Positions 23,241 to 37,879 of a DNA stretch of 64,000 bases are shown here, one piece after another. The stretch spans positions 267,812 through 331,811 of the forward strand of contig RDEW01000051.1 in the NCBI GenBank assembly GCA_011109175.1, in the 5' to 3' direction. Under the pieces are notes generated by a model. That model searched no databases and was not told the origin of the DNA. It saw nothing but the letters and a program-made list of their open reading frames with translations. Both the position numbers and the translations under genes were made by a program. Each line of letters starts with the position of its first letter. The first letter of the stretch is position 1. The DNA is from Dicyema japonicum. Lineage: Eukaryota; Animalia; Dicyemida.

Positions 23241-25310
23241 TCACGGAATCCATGTTGGAATACTCGATTTGGTACAATATTTTTGATTCCTGTTAAGATT
23301 AATTTTTCCATAATTCGGGACAACGCACATAATATTGCAATTGGACGATAAGAAGAGGGATCGTTTGCAGGTTTGTTTGGGCTTCCATATAGAAGGTATC
23401 ATATTGTTGTTCACAGATAGAGTATAAATGTATGATAGGAATTCGGTTGCTTTTTCACCAAGGTGTTTCAGTTCCATCATCGAGACATTGTCAGCACCTC
23501 GGGAACGGGAGTTTTTGAGATCCATGATTGCGTTTCGAACTTCTTGCGGAGTAAAGACAATCAAATCATATGATGGATACAACTTCTGGCTGACTCTGTG
23601 TTCCCTCGAGAAATTTTTATGGCTGATTGCGACATAGTGTTTCATTAAAATATTTGGGTCGATGTTGCTACATCTCTGTCCGTGGAAGGCTTTCTCAGAG
23701 CCTTCATTGCAACGTCTCAAATGTTTAATTTTCTTCCATATCAGCGTCTCGGATGTACTAGAGAATCAATAAGTGACGTCCATCGCTTCTTGATCCTAGA
23801 TTGGGTAACTTGCTTAATTTGTATATTTAAGGTTTTCATTTTTTGGAAATAGTCATTTGATTAATCCTTTTGCTTCTTTAATTTATTTATTTCTCTGATA
23901 AGTGTTTTTGTATGCATACAATAGCTATTCCTTGTTTGATGACATCCCATTATTAATTTATTAACCCCGGATACACCGAGAAAGAAGGTTAAAGTAAACA
24001 ACTAATTAAGTGTATCCAGTTTCCACTTCTACAGAAACAGAGTCCATCCGGAATCAGCATAAAAAATAAGACGTCCATTACATGCAGTTGTGGAAACCCC
24101 TCCAGTAGAGTGGGGGAGAGCAAATGATCCTTTTTCGTTCCGGCTTGACACTGGGCGTCACCTAGACAGGTGGATCACATGACGCCACTCTAATATGAAG
24201 AGAGAAGAGGAACAAGCAAGCAGAAAACTTCAATCAATTAACCACGCAACACCAGCACCACATGGCGCCACGCGGATGACTTCTCATTGGAATAAATAGT
24301 TTTCTTGCTTGGAGTATAATGTGGTCAATTGATGAGAGTACCAATGTGTGAAATACTTCCATATTGGTGTCGATGTAATTAGAGAAGTTGGACCAATCCG
24401 CGGTTTTAAAGTTTAAAAAGTGGAATTCTCTGATAAATTTATTTTCAGTGATGATTTTTATCATGATAGGGTTGAGATCACTTCTTAGTTCATATTTTAC
24501 AGTCCAGTTGATGAGGGGGAACATTGATGGGGAACATAAAGAGAGGTCAGAAGATGTAGGTTTGTCTCCTGTTCGAGTAGGTGTTCTTCTTAGTTCATAT
24601 TTTACAGTCCAGTTGATGAGGGGAAACATTGATGGGGAACATTAAGAGAGGTCAGAGGATGTAGGTTTGTCTCCTGTTCGAGTAGGTGTTCTTGTGTTGC
24701 TTTTGGTGTTATTTAGTGTACAAAATTGTCCCAAATTTCTGGCCAGTAGGTTTCCTCTACTGTCTGGTTTCTGGCTTCATACTATAATTGATGTTTGGCG
24801 CTGATGTCACCGCATAGTAGTACGTTTTTGAGGTTTGAGAAATTCTGTAGGTTAGGGTAATACCCACATGGAGAGGAGCTAGTAGGTGGAATATATACAT
24901 TGACAATATTTATAGTTTTCCTAGGAATTCTAGCATTTATGCCAATTAGTTCCAAAGGGTCATCTTCTGGATAGAGTTTTCGGATTTTGTTTGAAATATC
25001 TTCATATTGAATTCCATTTCTTATTGGTGTCATTAGTCCTCCACCAAGCTTTAATTTTTCTGTCTTTACAGATAATGGAGTATCGGGGAAAGGTTGGGGT
25101 TTTCATTTCTATTGAGTAAGTGGCGGACTTCCAGCACCATGTCTCGTATTCCGTTAATATTGATCTGGACCAGGTTGAATTCAGGGATGGGTTGGATTTC
25201 GACATCTCCACACAAAATTAGAGTGTACCTGGAAAACCATCCTTCTTCATGGATAGACAGTTCATTTTAACATCATGTGATCCATAACACCACCATACAA
25301 GTGAACCACG
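23241..25310 (-). mobile_element. I-group LINE 5' half (2A-like, APE endonuclease, pre-RT), interrupted by a SINE A copy
   Basis: LILCGDVEIQPIP..LVQININGI, IVNVYIPP, LLCGDISAKH, LNFKTADWSNF, SRGADNVSMMELKHLG; in-frame 105-bp tandem duplication at 24481-24690. Confidence 0.85.
23950..24275 (-). mobile_element. SINE family A, subfamily A1 (full length)
   Basis: Head CCGCGTGGCGCCATGTGG, core, tail CTTTCTCGGTGTATCCGGGGTTAATAAAT; close to 51327, 57354 and 61570 copies. Confidence 0.9.
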
Positions 25311-25575
25311 CCGTATGATATCTTCACTACGATTGAATGTTGTTTTTAGTTTTCTTTTTTCTGAGACGTTCAAATATGAGACAAAATAAATAAATCAGTA
25401 ATACTAGAATTCTTATCATTGATTTGTTTAATATTAATAAATTAATTATTAATAAATTTTTAAACTTGTTCAACCTTGTAAGTAATGTTAATTCTTTGTT
25501 TTTAAATTTATCTTAGAAAAGTTAATTGAAGGTCAAATTTGAAGTTTTTCCAAGACTTCCCTTGTCTGTTTTATA

Positions 25576-25892
25576 GCTGCGTGGCGCTATGTAGTGCTAC
25601 AGGGCTAATTGATTCAAGTTTTCTGTTTGTTTTGTTTGCTCCTCCATTCCTCATTTTACTTTAGTGGCTTCATGTGATCCACCTGTCTCAGGAGGCGCCT
25701 AGTGCCAGGCTGGCACCAAAAAGGATCATTTGCTCTCCCCCACTCCATCGGAGTGGTTTCCACATTTGCAATGAATGGACGTCTTTTACCTTTTATGCTG
25801 GTTTTGGATGGACATAGGTGACGTTGAGGGACTCTGTTTCTGTAGCAGCGGAAACTGGATACACTTAATCGTTTACTGTTAGCTTCTTTCTA
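25576..25892 (+). mobile_element. SINE family A1
   Basis: Aligns along its length with the other A1 copies. Confidence 0.88.
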
Positions 25893-26639
25893 TAGAAATC
25901 CTTTATGAAGGTTGCTCTACGTCAACTTTAGTAGCGGGTACTTATTAAATACTGAACTTTATCAAATTTTTAGCTCTCTAAGGTTTTCCGATTAATGAAC
26001 CTACATTGTAATATAGGGCTCCACCAATTTATGAAAAAATTCAAAACAGTTTCTCACTTCTTTTATGTGCTCATTTGAGAAAAATATAAACCGCTTATAA
26101 TAGGGCGGACAAAGTCGCCAAGAGCATTGAGAGGAGTAAATCTAAAAGCCATTGACATTGATGCTTCATACAAAGCTTGGAAGACAAAAATTAATTTTGG
26201 AAATTATTTATTTAACCAAGAAATTGGGGGGAAAAGAAAAATAGGTTATGGCTTGTTTTACTCCAAAAATACGACAAATTGCTATAAAGTTCCTTGCCAA
26301 CATTAACCACCACAGATTTCCCAAATGCTTGTGACATAACCCCAGGAAATAAACTATCAGCAAAACCGACTACATTCCGGTCGCAGTGATGAATCCGACT
26401 CTGTCGTTGCCTATAATTTTATTGACACGTTTTGCCTTGAATTTTAAACTTGTCAACAGTCTGTCACTAGCTGCACGTGTATGAGGTTAGTCAATTTGAA
26501 GGCTGAGAAAGAATGTAACAGTGAACCCCTTCATGAGCGGAGACCAATAAAATTAAATCAATCTTATTAAGTCGTTTTTTCTCGATTAAGTGTGGGAGTA
26601 ATCGGTTACCATTCCGTTAGTAGATTACCTGATTTCCAA

Positions 26640-27300
26640 ACAATCAAGTGAGCTAGCACGTGCATGACTCATACACACTTCCTGTGCACCTTTTCCGATC
26701 TTCGACCTCATCATCAGAATATTTGAGGACCAGCTGTGAGAGGGGGACTTAGTACCAAACACTATAGAATGCCTTGGGGATATCCAGGCATATCAGATGC
26801 CCCCTGTTACTGATGTCCTCATCTCATTGCTGCGGGAGAAGAAAATACACTCTTCAATATGCAACACAGCCTCTTGAAGATAATCCGTTAGATATCGAGC
26901 ATATCAGCCTATAGCTTAGAGGGTCCCTCCTCGATGTACCAGGTTAAGGACCATCAGAACTCTTCCACCAATCCTGAATATGTCCACACTTGATACTTGC
27001 GCTAAATAGATTTGTAGAACGAATAGTAGGCGTCCAACCTTCATTGAACAACCTCATGATAGTGAAGTCAAAACCAGTGCATTGGCCTGCATTCTTTAAT
27101 TGCCATCCTGATCTCCCTCACCGTGATCTCCTCAACAGCTCTGAGTCCGCCCAAAGAATATTTAATAAGCTTAATTGAAATTTATAGGACCGACGCTTTG
27201 AATTTTGTCAAGTTGATCCTTGAATATTGGGGGAACATCCTCCATCTGGATTGTCCAGAAGAATCTTGTTTGCATCCGGCACCATTTTTGTCTGCCAGGC
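26640..27300 (-). mobile_element. Degraded LINE RT fragment
   Basis: EITVREIRMAIKE, DPLSYRLI, CLDIPKAFYSVW. Confidence 0.7.
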
Positions 27301-27377
27301 TGTTGTATTCATTTTTTACTTAAAAATTATGAAAATATATAATTAATTTTACTGTCTATTATGAATGTAAGTTTTTA

Positions 27378-27605
27378 TTGTTAGGGTTGGATTTAAGGTT
27401 ACGGTAAGGGTCGGGGTTATTTTGAAATTATGGTGAGATTTAGGGCTGCACTTAAGGTTTTGGTGATGTTGGGGGTTAAATTTAAAGTTATACTAGTCTT
27501 AAGGTTGAGGTGTAAGCTAAGGTTAGATTCAGGGTTATGGAAAGATTTAAGGTAAGTGATTGGCTTAGGTTAGATTTGACGTCATGGTAGGGTTAGTTGG
27601 GGGAA
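27378..27605 (+). repeat. Degenerate TTAGGG/TTAAGG-like simple repeat tract
   Basis: Recurrent ttaggg, ttaagg, taaggg, ttaggtt and gggtta units; strongly G/T-skewed strand. Confidence 0.65.
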
Positions 27606-28133
27606 GATTGATCTGACCTATTAATCGCTCAGTGTAGGTTTGGCATTTGCAATGTATGTTTACAAATAGTGTTATCTGGTTGTTTATCTTGATGGTTTCC
27701 AATTTATGGTATGTGGTTAGGGATCATTCACGCGTGAGATTGTTGTACGATAGAACCTTCCTAATCCGCCATAAAAGGGCTTAAAATACACAAATCCATA
27801 AGAAATTCTCGATTCTGACTATATATCTTAGGTGATTGGTAGACATATCTTCTCAAAATGCTTCGTCGATGAGTATTCTGTCACATAGATTCTTATTTTA
27901 CTAAAGACTGTTAGCAAAAAGGCTTTCACCTCAAATCTTACCACTAATTGTATGCAAAGTGTGATACTACCACGAAATGTAGATTATCACAAATCACGTT
28001 CCACACGAATGCAGATAATAAATTTTTAAAATTTCATTAAAATTTAATTATTTTTATTCATCAACTTATAATTTTGAATTTTCAATTACGAGGTCACTTT
28101 ATGTGGATAATTTCGTTCAATATAAAAATTAAC

Positions 28134-28418
28134 CGGGTGGCATAGTGGTTAGGTGTCGGGCTAAAGTGGCTTAGGCTACGGGTTCGATTCTCGCTGCTGT
28201 TCACCTGGTGGAAAATTCCACGCATCTACGATGTGGAAAGGGCTTGACGAGTGACGCCGTCATCAGTGGATACTCACTGCGGAACTGGATTGTCTAGAAA
28301 GGACCCACACACAAGAAAAAGAAATTAACTGTTCTTTACTTAAATAAAGATTGTGTCCTGCCTATGCGGAGCTATAAATATTATGGCTCTCGTGAAAAGG
28401 CTGCATTATTATTATAAA
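28134..28418 (+). mobile_element. tRNA-derived SINE family B, full length
   Basis: A box TGGCATAGTGG, B box GGTTCGATTC, body matches 13850 and 44750 copies, (ATT)n tail. Confidence 0.9.
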
Positions 28419-28424
28419 AATTAA

Positions 28425-28800
28425 TAACCCCCGATATACGGGAAAGAGGTTAAGAGTTAATTAATTTCTAATTAGACTATATTCCAGCACAAGATTCATC
28501 TGACGGATCTCTGGGAGAATATGCTCTCAGCTGTGACGTTCTTGTTAGCCTCATGTTTCTTTCACTCAAGGGGACCGGAGATAAATAGGGTATATTCAGT
28601 TCCCACGGTCGGAGTGAGACACGTCCTTTCCAAGCAACCAGTCCACTCAGGAACACCAATGAAGTAGGGAAGAGAGCGATCTTTGGATCCCACTACATAG
28701 GCGTCTCTTGAGACAGCTGGGTCACATGACGTCTCTTAGTATCATAAGCAGGCATAAGGCGGTAAGAAATCCTTGGACGGCGTGGGAATCGAACCCACAA
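28425..28800 (-). mobile_element. SINE family A, tRNA-headed (A2) with extended tail
   Basis: B box GGGTTCGATTCCC, core GACGTCATGTGACCC..GACGCC, 3' end CCCGTATATCGGGGGTTATTAA. Confidence 0.8.
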
Positions 28801-28863
28801 AGGACCCTTATCTATAATATAATAATCAGCGGAAATATAAGTGGAAACACGTGAATTATTTAA

Positions 28864-30836
28864 ATGAACAGAATACTTTCAGCATTCACCAAAAAAAGCT
28901 TCACCGAAACAGTAACAAATTTAGAACCACGGAACCGTTATATTACTCTATTTCAGCTGACATTGATGAGTTCTTGTTGTCGTCAATTTAGCCGTCGGTT
29001 GTATCATGGGGTCAGGAGTCTACATGGCTTCGGGGATTATGATCAACAAGCAGGCGGGACCTTCTTCAATATTTTCATTTTTATTCGCCGGAATTATGGC
29101 CATTTTGTTCGGTATTTGTGCCTTTTGTAACCACAGGACTCATCTACGCGGAAGTGGGGACCAGGATGCCAAGGTCAGGCTCGTTCTATGCATTTGGATG
29201 CGCCGTTTACGGGGATATGATAGGATTCATCATCGGCATGCATTTTTTCGTATCATATACGTTTGGTTTGTGCACGTGGTTATCATAAGCTGGGGTCACA
29301 GTAGTTAAGTCATTGTCGTTCTACATCGACTCTCTGTGCTACAATGCGATATCTCATTATTTCTCGACTGTCAGACTCCCAGATTCCTACTATTTTGAGG
29401 ATTCCCTGAACCCCATGCCGCTGTTCATAGTCATTTTACTAGCCTGTTGCTGCCTTGGCTTATTCCTAGTCATGTTCGTTTTTAAATCAGAAAATTCAAC
29501 CAAAGTGGCTATTATCCTCGTTTTTATCAATCTTCTTGTGCTGCTGACTGTCATAATTGGGGGGTCTCAGCTAACCAATCCTACGAATTGGAGTTTGAAC
29601 GCAGTACTTGTATTTGATCATATTAGCCTAACAAAACGGACAAAACCAGTTTTGGAAATGGGGGATTCATGCCATACGGGGTCTCTGGGATATTTGTGGC
29701 TTCTCTGGGGGCCTTCTTTTCTTTATCGGGGGTTGAAATAATCGCCGTCATCGGTTTGTGATTTAAATTCATAGGAAGCTGGAGACGTGATAGATCCCAT
29801 CAAGACTATCCCCAGGAGTACTATTCTGTCCATTTTGATAGCGACTATTGCCTACATTTCGACCACCGCCGTCATCTCCCTGATGATGCCGTATTATAAG
29901 ATCGACGTGAAGGCCCCATACTCAGTGGCATTTTTCAAAAAGGGGAACATGGCGCTAAGCTACATCGTCTCGGTGGGATGCATTTGTGGATTGGCCTCAA
30001 AGTCGTAGTTCTGCCTCATTTCCAGTTTATATGGCACCATTTTTTCGGCTGCCAGGCTGTTGTACTCAATGATCCTCGACGGGTTCCTTAAAAAGCTGCT
30101 GTATCACACAAGCGGAGACAAGATGATCCGCAATTCCAGTTTACTGTTCTGTCTTGTAATAGGTTTATGTTATTCTCAACTCAAGGCCTGTTATCCATTT
30201 TCATCACCACTGAGACAGCCCTGGGGATCAGCGAGATCTCCGTTCTGGTCCCGACCATCATCCTGGATATCATGATAATCAATATCCGGTAGTGTTGCAT
30301 CACGTACCTCAGATATTCGAGGAAACCATTCCTTCATAAGAGAGATGACGAATGCGAAGATCTGTTGACAGAGAAACAGATAATAATCGCACGTGTCATG
30401 ACCGCTATTGCTAGTATTTTTGCAAAGTCTTAAATAAGCCTTATTCTCCCTGGCAACTTCTATTTTGATTCGGTTTCTCCGTCGAATCTTTCTCTGCGAT
30501 ATTCCGCCATCTCTTTGCTAGTTTCAACGTGCGTTGCCTCCCTCATTGCAGTCCACAGACTCCCGAAGATAGAAGACAGTCAAGTCTACATGGTCTTAAT
30601 TCTCGAATTCTTGTAGACTCCAATGATTCCCTTTCTTCCGATACTCTCCAATTTCTTCATATTTATTCTCCTCGTTTACATTGATGAAGTGACTTGGAAG
30701 TCCTACCTTATCATTTTCGCCCTGAGTAAGGGGGTTGCTGATGGTTTTAGTATTTATCGTTTACTTGGTTTCAACAGTAATTGATGTCATGAGGCAGTTA
30801 AAGAACGAGAAATTCGAAAATAGGACACAAAATTAA
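28864..30836 (+). CDS. Cationic amino acid transporter (SLC7A1-4 / CAT family)
   Basis: Spliced VGCIMGSGVYM..AGPS..LIYAEVGTRMPRSGSFY, DPIKTIPRS, AARLLYSMILDG, PMIPFLP; 22-25 nt introns. Confidence 0.92.
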
Positions 30837-30899
30837 TTTTATTAATACTTTTAATTTACGTTATTAATAATTTTAATATTAATTTTTTCCCACTGTCGT

Positions 30900-31300
30900 G
30901 CACATTTCCCGAGGAATGCCTGTTTCAACGTGACGTTGGAAAAGGCACTTTCCTCTGCTGGCCGCCACTGCATTTTGGAGCCGACTGGTCTCACCCGAGA
31001 GGATGGTAGCATTCCCTTTTGCTAACCTGGTTTGGGACGCTACATGTGTGGATACCTAATCTCCGAAGAATTTGGAAGCTTCAGTCTCGGACCCAGGTTA
31101 TCCTTCTAAACAATCCGAGGGTCAGAAGAGAAGGAAGTATAGAAGCATATCAGAGGATCACATGTTTATCCCATTTGCTGTTGAGACGTCAGGAATCCTT
31201 GACTCATAAGCGGACGATCTAGTCCGCATGATCGGCTCAATGATCCAAAGGGATCCAGATGCAGGGGAGTCATTTACTTTGATGTCCAATCGCTTCTTTG
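30900..31300 (+). mobile_element. CRE-like RLE domain fragment
   Basis: EPTGLTREDG..LVWDATCVDT..FIPFAVETSG; homologous to 40260-40440. Confidence 0.8.
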
Positions 31301-32199
31301 TTGTCAACAAAAGTCAGTACCACAGCTTCTTTCACCTCGTTTGTCAGGAATTTCTCTTCAATGCTGATCAAAGGTAAACTTGAAAGGCTGATTTGACATC
31401 GAAGACCTCAAATATGTTTGTATGTCTTAAATTCGAAAAAGAACGTTCTCAGCTAGAATTGAGTACCCAACTGTGAGTAATAAACGAATGCAAAAAGTTG
31501 GAAAAACGTCCCATCCAAGCTCAACTAATGAAGCAAGAAAATCCCTCCCATTTTTTGGAAAAGTTATTTTCCACCTCGGAAAAGTGTATGACATTCGACG
31601 ATTTCTAGATAGAGAGAAGAAGAGATCTCGTCAGTCTCAAATGGTTAGCTGACACTGTCGTTTAAGGTTTTCAAATGTTCCTTGTTTTCAGCATCAATTG
31701 AATCCAGCTTTACCAAGAATGACAACTTCACAGCGAGCCTACGAATGGTCTTCAGTCTCTTGGCGATTTCATTTATTGTTCTTTTTTATTTCATCGACTT
31801 CTGATAAGCCTTCGACTTTCGCACTCTTTCCAGGCATCATTTTCTTTCGCCTGACTCTTGGCAAGGGTACATTCTACTTCTGACAGTATTCTGATGCCGA
31901 ACCGACTGTCATCTGCTAATGTCCTCAGATTTCTTTTTCTCATTCAAAATATGTTCACAGGATTTCTGATGCCCGTCGATTAAAACACGTGCGCCCCAAT
32001 TATTCAGCGGTGTCAATAGAACATGGTGATCGCTAGCAGTCGATCTTGTCTATAGTGAAAAAAATCGACAAAAAAGTGAGCATAGCTTAATAACGTGAAC
32101 TCTTCCACACGAGACTGGATGGCTATCGAGTCAGAGTTTTTTGATAGAAAAATGATTTTAAAATAAATTTGAGTCGTAAAGATTATTCTCCTAATTGCC

Positions 32200-32640
32200 A
32201 CGGCTTTCTGTGTTTTTGTTCAGAAATCTTGAAAACGTATCAAGCGAATCAGTCCTAAAGGATACCTTGCGTCCCTTTGAGACATTTTCATGGCCACCTC
32301 CGGAAAACAGTGGGATCGCTGATGAATCTTCTAGGAGAAATTGTTAGAAGCTGGGATCACTCAGTTAGTTGGCTTAACGCTATCTTTTTTGTGGTCTTTG
32401 GGTTTTAAATATACAAGAATCATCAATACATATTGGGGGAAACAAGGTCAATAGGTGATCCCCACTACCCCTAGTAGCCTTTTACAGGATTCGACGCACT
32501 CTATCTACTCGATTATGAGAGTTGTACTCAATATTGTGATGTCAATGAAAAGATGCTGAGTTTTTTTTCTCTTATTTACAAAACGCCCGATTCAGCGATA
32601 AGAACTCAAAATGAACTTATTCTTGCATTGAAAGTGATTT
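32200..32640. mobile_element. Two convergent I-group LINE 3' ends
   Basis: Plus-strand GGGATCAC..GTGGTCTTTGGGTTTTAAAT meets minus-strand GGGATCACCTATTGA end near 32410. Confidence 0.6.
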
Positions 32641-32699
32641 TGTCGGTTTAAACCAAATTTTTATAGTTTTAGGCGTTAAAACTTCTGCCGTGCTTTATT

Positions 32700-33100
32700 G
32701 GGTTAATAGGGCGGCTTGCAGCAAGGGAGAGTCTAGATTGGCACGATGGCTTTCCAGAACATTGGGTTTGCGATCATGATGAGTAACTCCCATTGCGTGC
32801 TCAATAAATGGGGGATTGCGAAAACTGAAGGAAACCTTGCTTGTATGCAATGGGACACGAAACGAGATTACGCCTATACAACGCGTCGGTCAAGCATGTA
32901 GTGCTCTACAACGCGAGCACGTGGGTCTGTTCAGAGACCGACTCTTTCCACCGAACGCAATTGAGGCAAACAATGTCTCCGCTCTGAGAATGGGTTTGGG
33001 GCCCCATATAATGCGGCCATGGAGAACTTCTCGTCTGACAACCCCGATTCGTGGACAACCGAGAACCTCCTAAAGGTTGGGAGAAGATCTGGGTTGAATA
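32700..33100 (+). mobile_element. RTE-like LINE C-terminal fragment
   Basis: RLRLYNASVKHVVLYNASTW..DSFHRTQLR; same family as 150-835. Confidence 0.75.
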
Positions 33101-33368
33101 CGAGAGCTTACGTAATTTATGTCTTTAATCCTTATTTTCCCGCTTTATTTCTTTCTCAATTCATCTCGTTCAGTTTACATCTCATTTTGATCGGAAACTA
33201 TAAAACTAATCAATAATAGGAGTTATGCAGGAAATAGCTCTTCCCTTTAATATTTCCTGTCTCCTTATTGCCACTCCTTTTTGCATGTGAAAAGGGAGTG
33301 GCCACTTTAATAGCCCAATCAACAGTCACTAGTTAGAGTAGGGTTAACTTTATTAGTCGTAAACCAAT

Positions 33369-34538
<1,170 letters not shown>

Positions 34539-34739
34539 TTAAAATTATCGTTAAATTATGTATTTATAGGCCTAGTTACTACGCCGTCAATGTACGTTAA
34601 TGGCCATTTACCAGAATTTAGAGTATTCTTTATTTTAATTACTAACAGCTCATTCACTGGTTGGTCAATCAAGTTTACGTTTACTTGGTAATACTAGTAT
34701 GCAATAAAATTCTTAAAAAGCTGATAAAATAGTTTATCT

Positions 34740-35300
34740 GTCGATGCTGGATGATAAAATAGTTTACCTCTCCGAGTCTGTCGGCAGTTTATCAGGCAAC
34801 TCTCGTTTACGAGGTAGGGCCGTGCCAAGCGGTGCTTGGTCTATGGCAATCTTTCGCAAGTCGTCTGTCGTTCAGGAAGCTGTCTACAAAATTATTGGAG
34901 CAAACTTCAAGTCCATTCCTCTCGAGGCACATCTTGTTGAACGACATCCACCATACAAGTCAGTCCCTTAAACAAAATCTTGTTCAAATACCTTAAAACC
35001 CACTATAAATACGAGGTAGCGTCATGTCAAATAAAAAGGGTAATACAGGATCCCCGTCTTCGTCAGTCTCGTCTATATACGTACCCTAAGGATAGATACT
35101 CACTCAAAGACTCTATTCAGTTCTTAATAAGCTCTTCAGTTCTCCCAGTCTGTGAACTTTAGTAAGGACCAACACAAGAGGACAGACCTGTAATAAGGGT
35201 TAGACATTTTATAAGAGAGTCATCACCTCTGCCGTCTTAAGTCTCCCAAAAAGTACCTCAAATTAACTAACAGCCATATTTTATTCAAATGTCACAGATA
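34740..35300 (-). mobile_element. Degraded LINE RT fragment
   Basis: SFLNDRRL and YR(S/P)..L-type RT traces; many stops. Confidence 0.45.
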
Positions 35301-35739
35301 TACCCATTTCCAAGTAAAATAATTGGAACTGTTACATCATAACCAATGAATAAAATTAGCTATGATTCAGAACTAATGGATGACTTGGTCTTCCTTCTCC
35401 AATTGACGGATTAGTATAGAACAAGTGAGGACGCAGGAGACATTGAAAATCAAATTTTGAACTAAGAAGTGCACGAAGAATCCAGGTTCAAATCGCCTCC
35501 GAGAAGTGAAAGAGCTTCTCGTATAGGATGGGAGTCAACATGGTAAAAATAAAACTAATCATTTCAAAAATGCTGAAATTAGCTTATTCAGTTCAAAAGA
35601 GTACGGACTGCACTCAATCGTATGTTGCCTATTCAACATAATTCGACCAAAGACGTAGGGTAAATCAATTTTCCCTACAAAACGATTTATCAATAAACTT
35701 TCCAACATACATCATAGCCATGTCAAAAACATATTCAGT

Positions 35740-36820
35740 TGTCGAACAGGTACCACGTCATTTTACAAATTAGTTCTCTATTCCTGCTGAGAAACTCCTT
35801 GTCAGCACAAAAATTAAACTACGTTCTTCGGGGGATCCTGTTACTTGAAAATGCAACACTATCGATTTTCTCTGCCGGACGACTATCGAACGTCTTACAA
35901 ATGTTAAATTTGACGACCAAGGAAGGGACCAAGTAACCTTACCCGCTAGCTTTGGTGGACTGGGAATCCCCTCACCAAAAGATTTAGCTCGCCCTGCGTA
36001 TCTGTCCTCATTTTGCTCCAATCAGCTATTGATCAAGATGATTCTCCAACTCCCAACAGAATCGTCGGAGATCAGAGATATGGAGCATCTGAGAGTCAAC
36101 ATACCTAAGCAGAAGGGTCCATCTAATAAGATATATATGAGAGGCTTCTGAACCAACCAAACCAACACCGACGTGCCTGTCTAGTCGATGGAAGGTGCGA
36201 ATGGAGTGGCGCTTGGATCAATGCCCTCCTGGTCGGTAGCGTCGAGACCCACCTTGTGACGAGACTGTCCGCACTAGTATCTCCATCAGACTTGGACTAA
36301 AAATTTTCCAGACTCACAAGTACCGGTGCGGTGGTACCGTCGACTGTATGGAGATCATGCGCTTTCATTCCGAAGAAGTGCAGGACAATTCCAAGACATA
36401 TGGCGATCAACAGAATTGTTAAGCGAGCCCTGGAGTCTGTTGGATACCCCTCCATACTTGAACCTGTTAGCTTGGATAGAGGAGACGGGATACGGCTGGA
36501 CGGAATCACAATTTTTCCATTCGAGGAGGGGGGACCCTTTGATCCAACATTGTTGAGAGCGCGGTAGACACACTGTATGCCGTGGAAAAAAACAATGAAA
36601 GCAAAGGAGAAAAAATACGAAGCGTTGCATGATCGGTTCACGTTCTGCTCCATCATAGTTGATACAAAAGAATAAGCGGGAAATTTTTTCGTTTCCTAAA
36701 GAAACTTGGACGTCTAGCTACACTAAAAAGCCACAACACATGTGAGGCTCTGTGGCTTCTCCAGTTGATCTCTGTTTCAATCGTGAAAGACAATGCAACG
36801 TCGATTTTTGATTGATTTTT
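35740..36820 (+). mobile_element. CRE-like LINE 3' half (post-RT region and RLE nuclease)
   Basis: LPASFGGLGIPS..PAYLSS, GDHAL, RHMAINRIVKRAL..EPVSLDRGDGIRLDGITIFP, WLLQLISVSIVKDNATSI. Confidence 0.88.
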
Positions 36821-36959
36821 TGTTTTACAAATTCAAATTAAATTTCATTAATTTTTATTAAAATTAGATAAAAAGACCACAACAGATAAAAATATTAATA
36901 AAAACCAAAAATTTTAAATTAAAATTAATTAAATAAAAACCACAAAGAAATAAAATACA

Positions 36960-37300
36960 ACTCTTCTACCTGGGACTCACTATTTGATCACATCTTAAGT
37001 ATGGACATGAATAATCCCGCTAATCTCGCGATGGACACCACTATGCTCCTCATCCGGGATCGACTTTCCGTGGAAGACCACGAATCACTCTACCAACCTT
37101 TCTACATCAAGACCTAACTTCGATTGGGAAAAGGTAGACGTCGGCAGATGATCTTGAGCACCTGAGGGACCCATCGAGGAACAGAGGGAACTGAAAGCGA
37201 TTAACAAAACGCATCCAAGAGAGGGTGGCACAAGCGAGATAACTTTAACGTTGTTTTGCGGTGTGCTTATTAATAATAAAGAAATAAAATTCACAAGCCA
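36960..37300 (+). mobile_element. Degraded LINE 3' fragment
   Basis: LGLTI-type start and a CGGTGT..TTATTAATAATAAA tail; weak. Confidence 0.4.
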
Positions 37301-37319
37301 CTTAATAGTAAGTGCTTTT

Positions 37320-37575
37320 CCTCGTGTGGACTTGGTTAAGTGATTCCTTTGTGCTCTTTGCCTTTTTTACTTCCTAAGAGGAGTCATGTGATCTGCCTGT
37401 ATCAGTAGAATCCCAGTGCTTGACAGGCTTTAAAAAAGGATCTGCTCTTCTCTACTCTCCTGTACTGGTTCCACGAGATGTTTGATAGAGCTTCACTCCG
37501 ACCGTTGGAACCGGATATACGCTAGTTGGACGTTAATCATCTCTTCCCCTTCTTATATCCGAGGTTATTAAAATT
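37320..37575 (+). mobile_element. SINE family A, diverged A2-type copy
   Basis: GAGTCATGTGATCT..AAAAGGATC core, CTCCGACCGTTGGAACCGGATATAC, tail ATCCGAGGTTATTAAA. Confidence 0.75.
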
Positions 37576-37879
37576 TATAAACCACTCACTCTTAGCCAAA
37601 TTTCTGATGTACTCCCAAACTGTCCTTGTTCATGTAAATGCTGTGTCAAATACGACTTCCCCCTAACTACTACAAAACTCGTCATTTTGGTAACGATAGA
37701 ATGTTAGGCTAAACAGAGATCAGAGACTGGTGAGCTGTGGTGTCTTAGTTCAGGTCCACACTCTCTGCAACTGGACTGGAGTCAATCCTCCCTAATGCAA
37801 GATCATAAACGTGACATGCTTAAAGAACGACTCTTCTCAAGGGCTATCAACAGTATTTGCATTTTTCCCGGGAATATCC

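Noticed and set aside
24120-24190. Antisense SINE A core translating like an RT motif (LGVT-LDRWIT..RH)
   Set aside because: It needs a frameshift and a stop and is on the opposite strand to the SINE; base-pair covariation explains the conservation better.
26330-26410. Helitron/Pif1 helicase-like ITATGM motif
   Set aside because: A single short motif followed by a stop, with no other helicase or Rep motif nearby.
28134-28210. tRNA gene candidates (also 13850, 45000, 6530, 15420, 21130-21250, 28780)
   Set aside because: Only A/B boxes are kept, acceptor and anticodon stems do not close, and most continue into shared SINE bodies.
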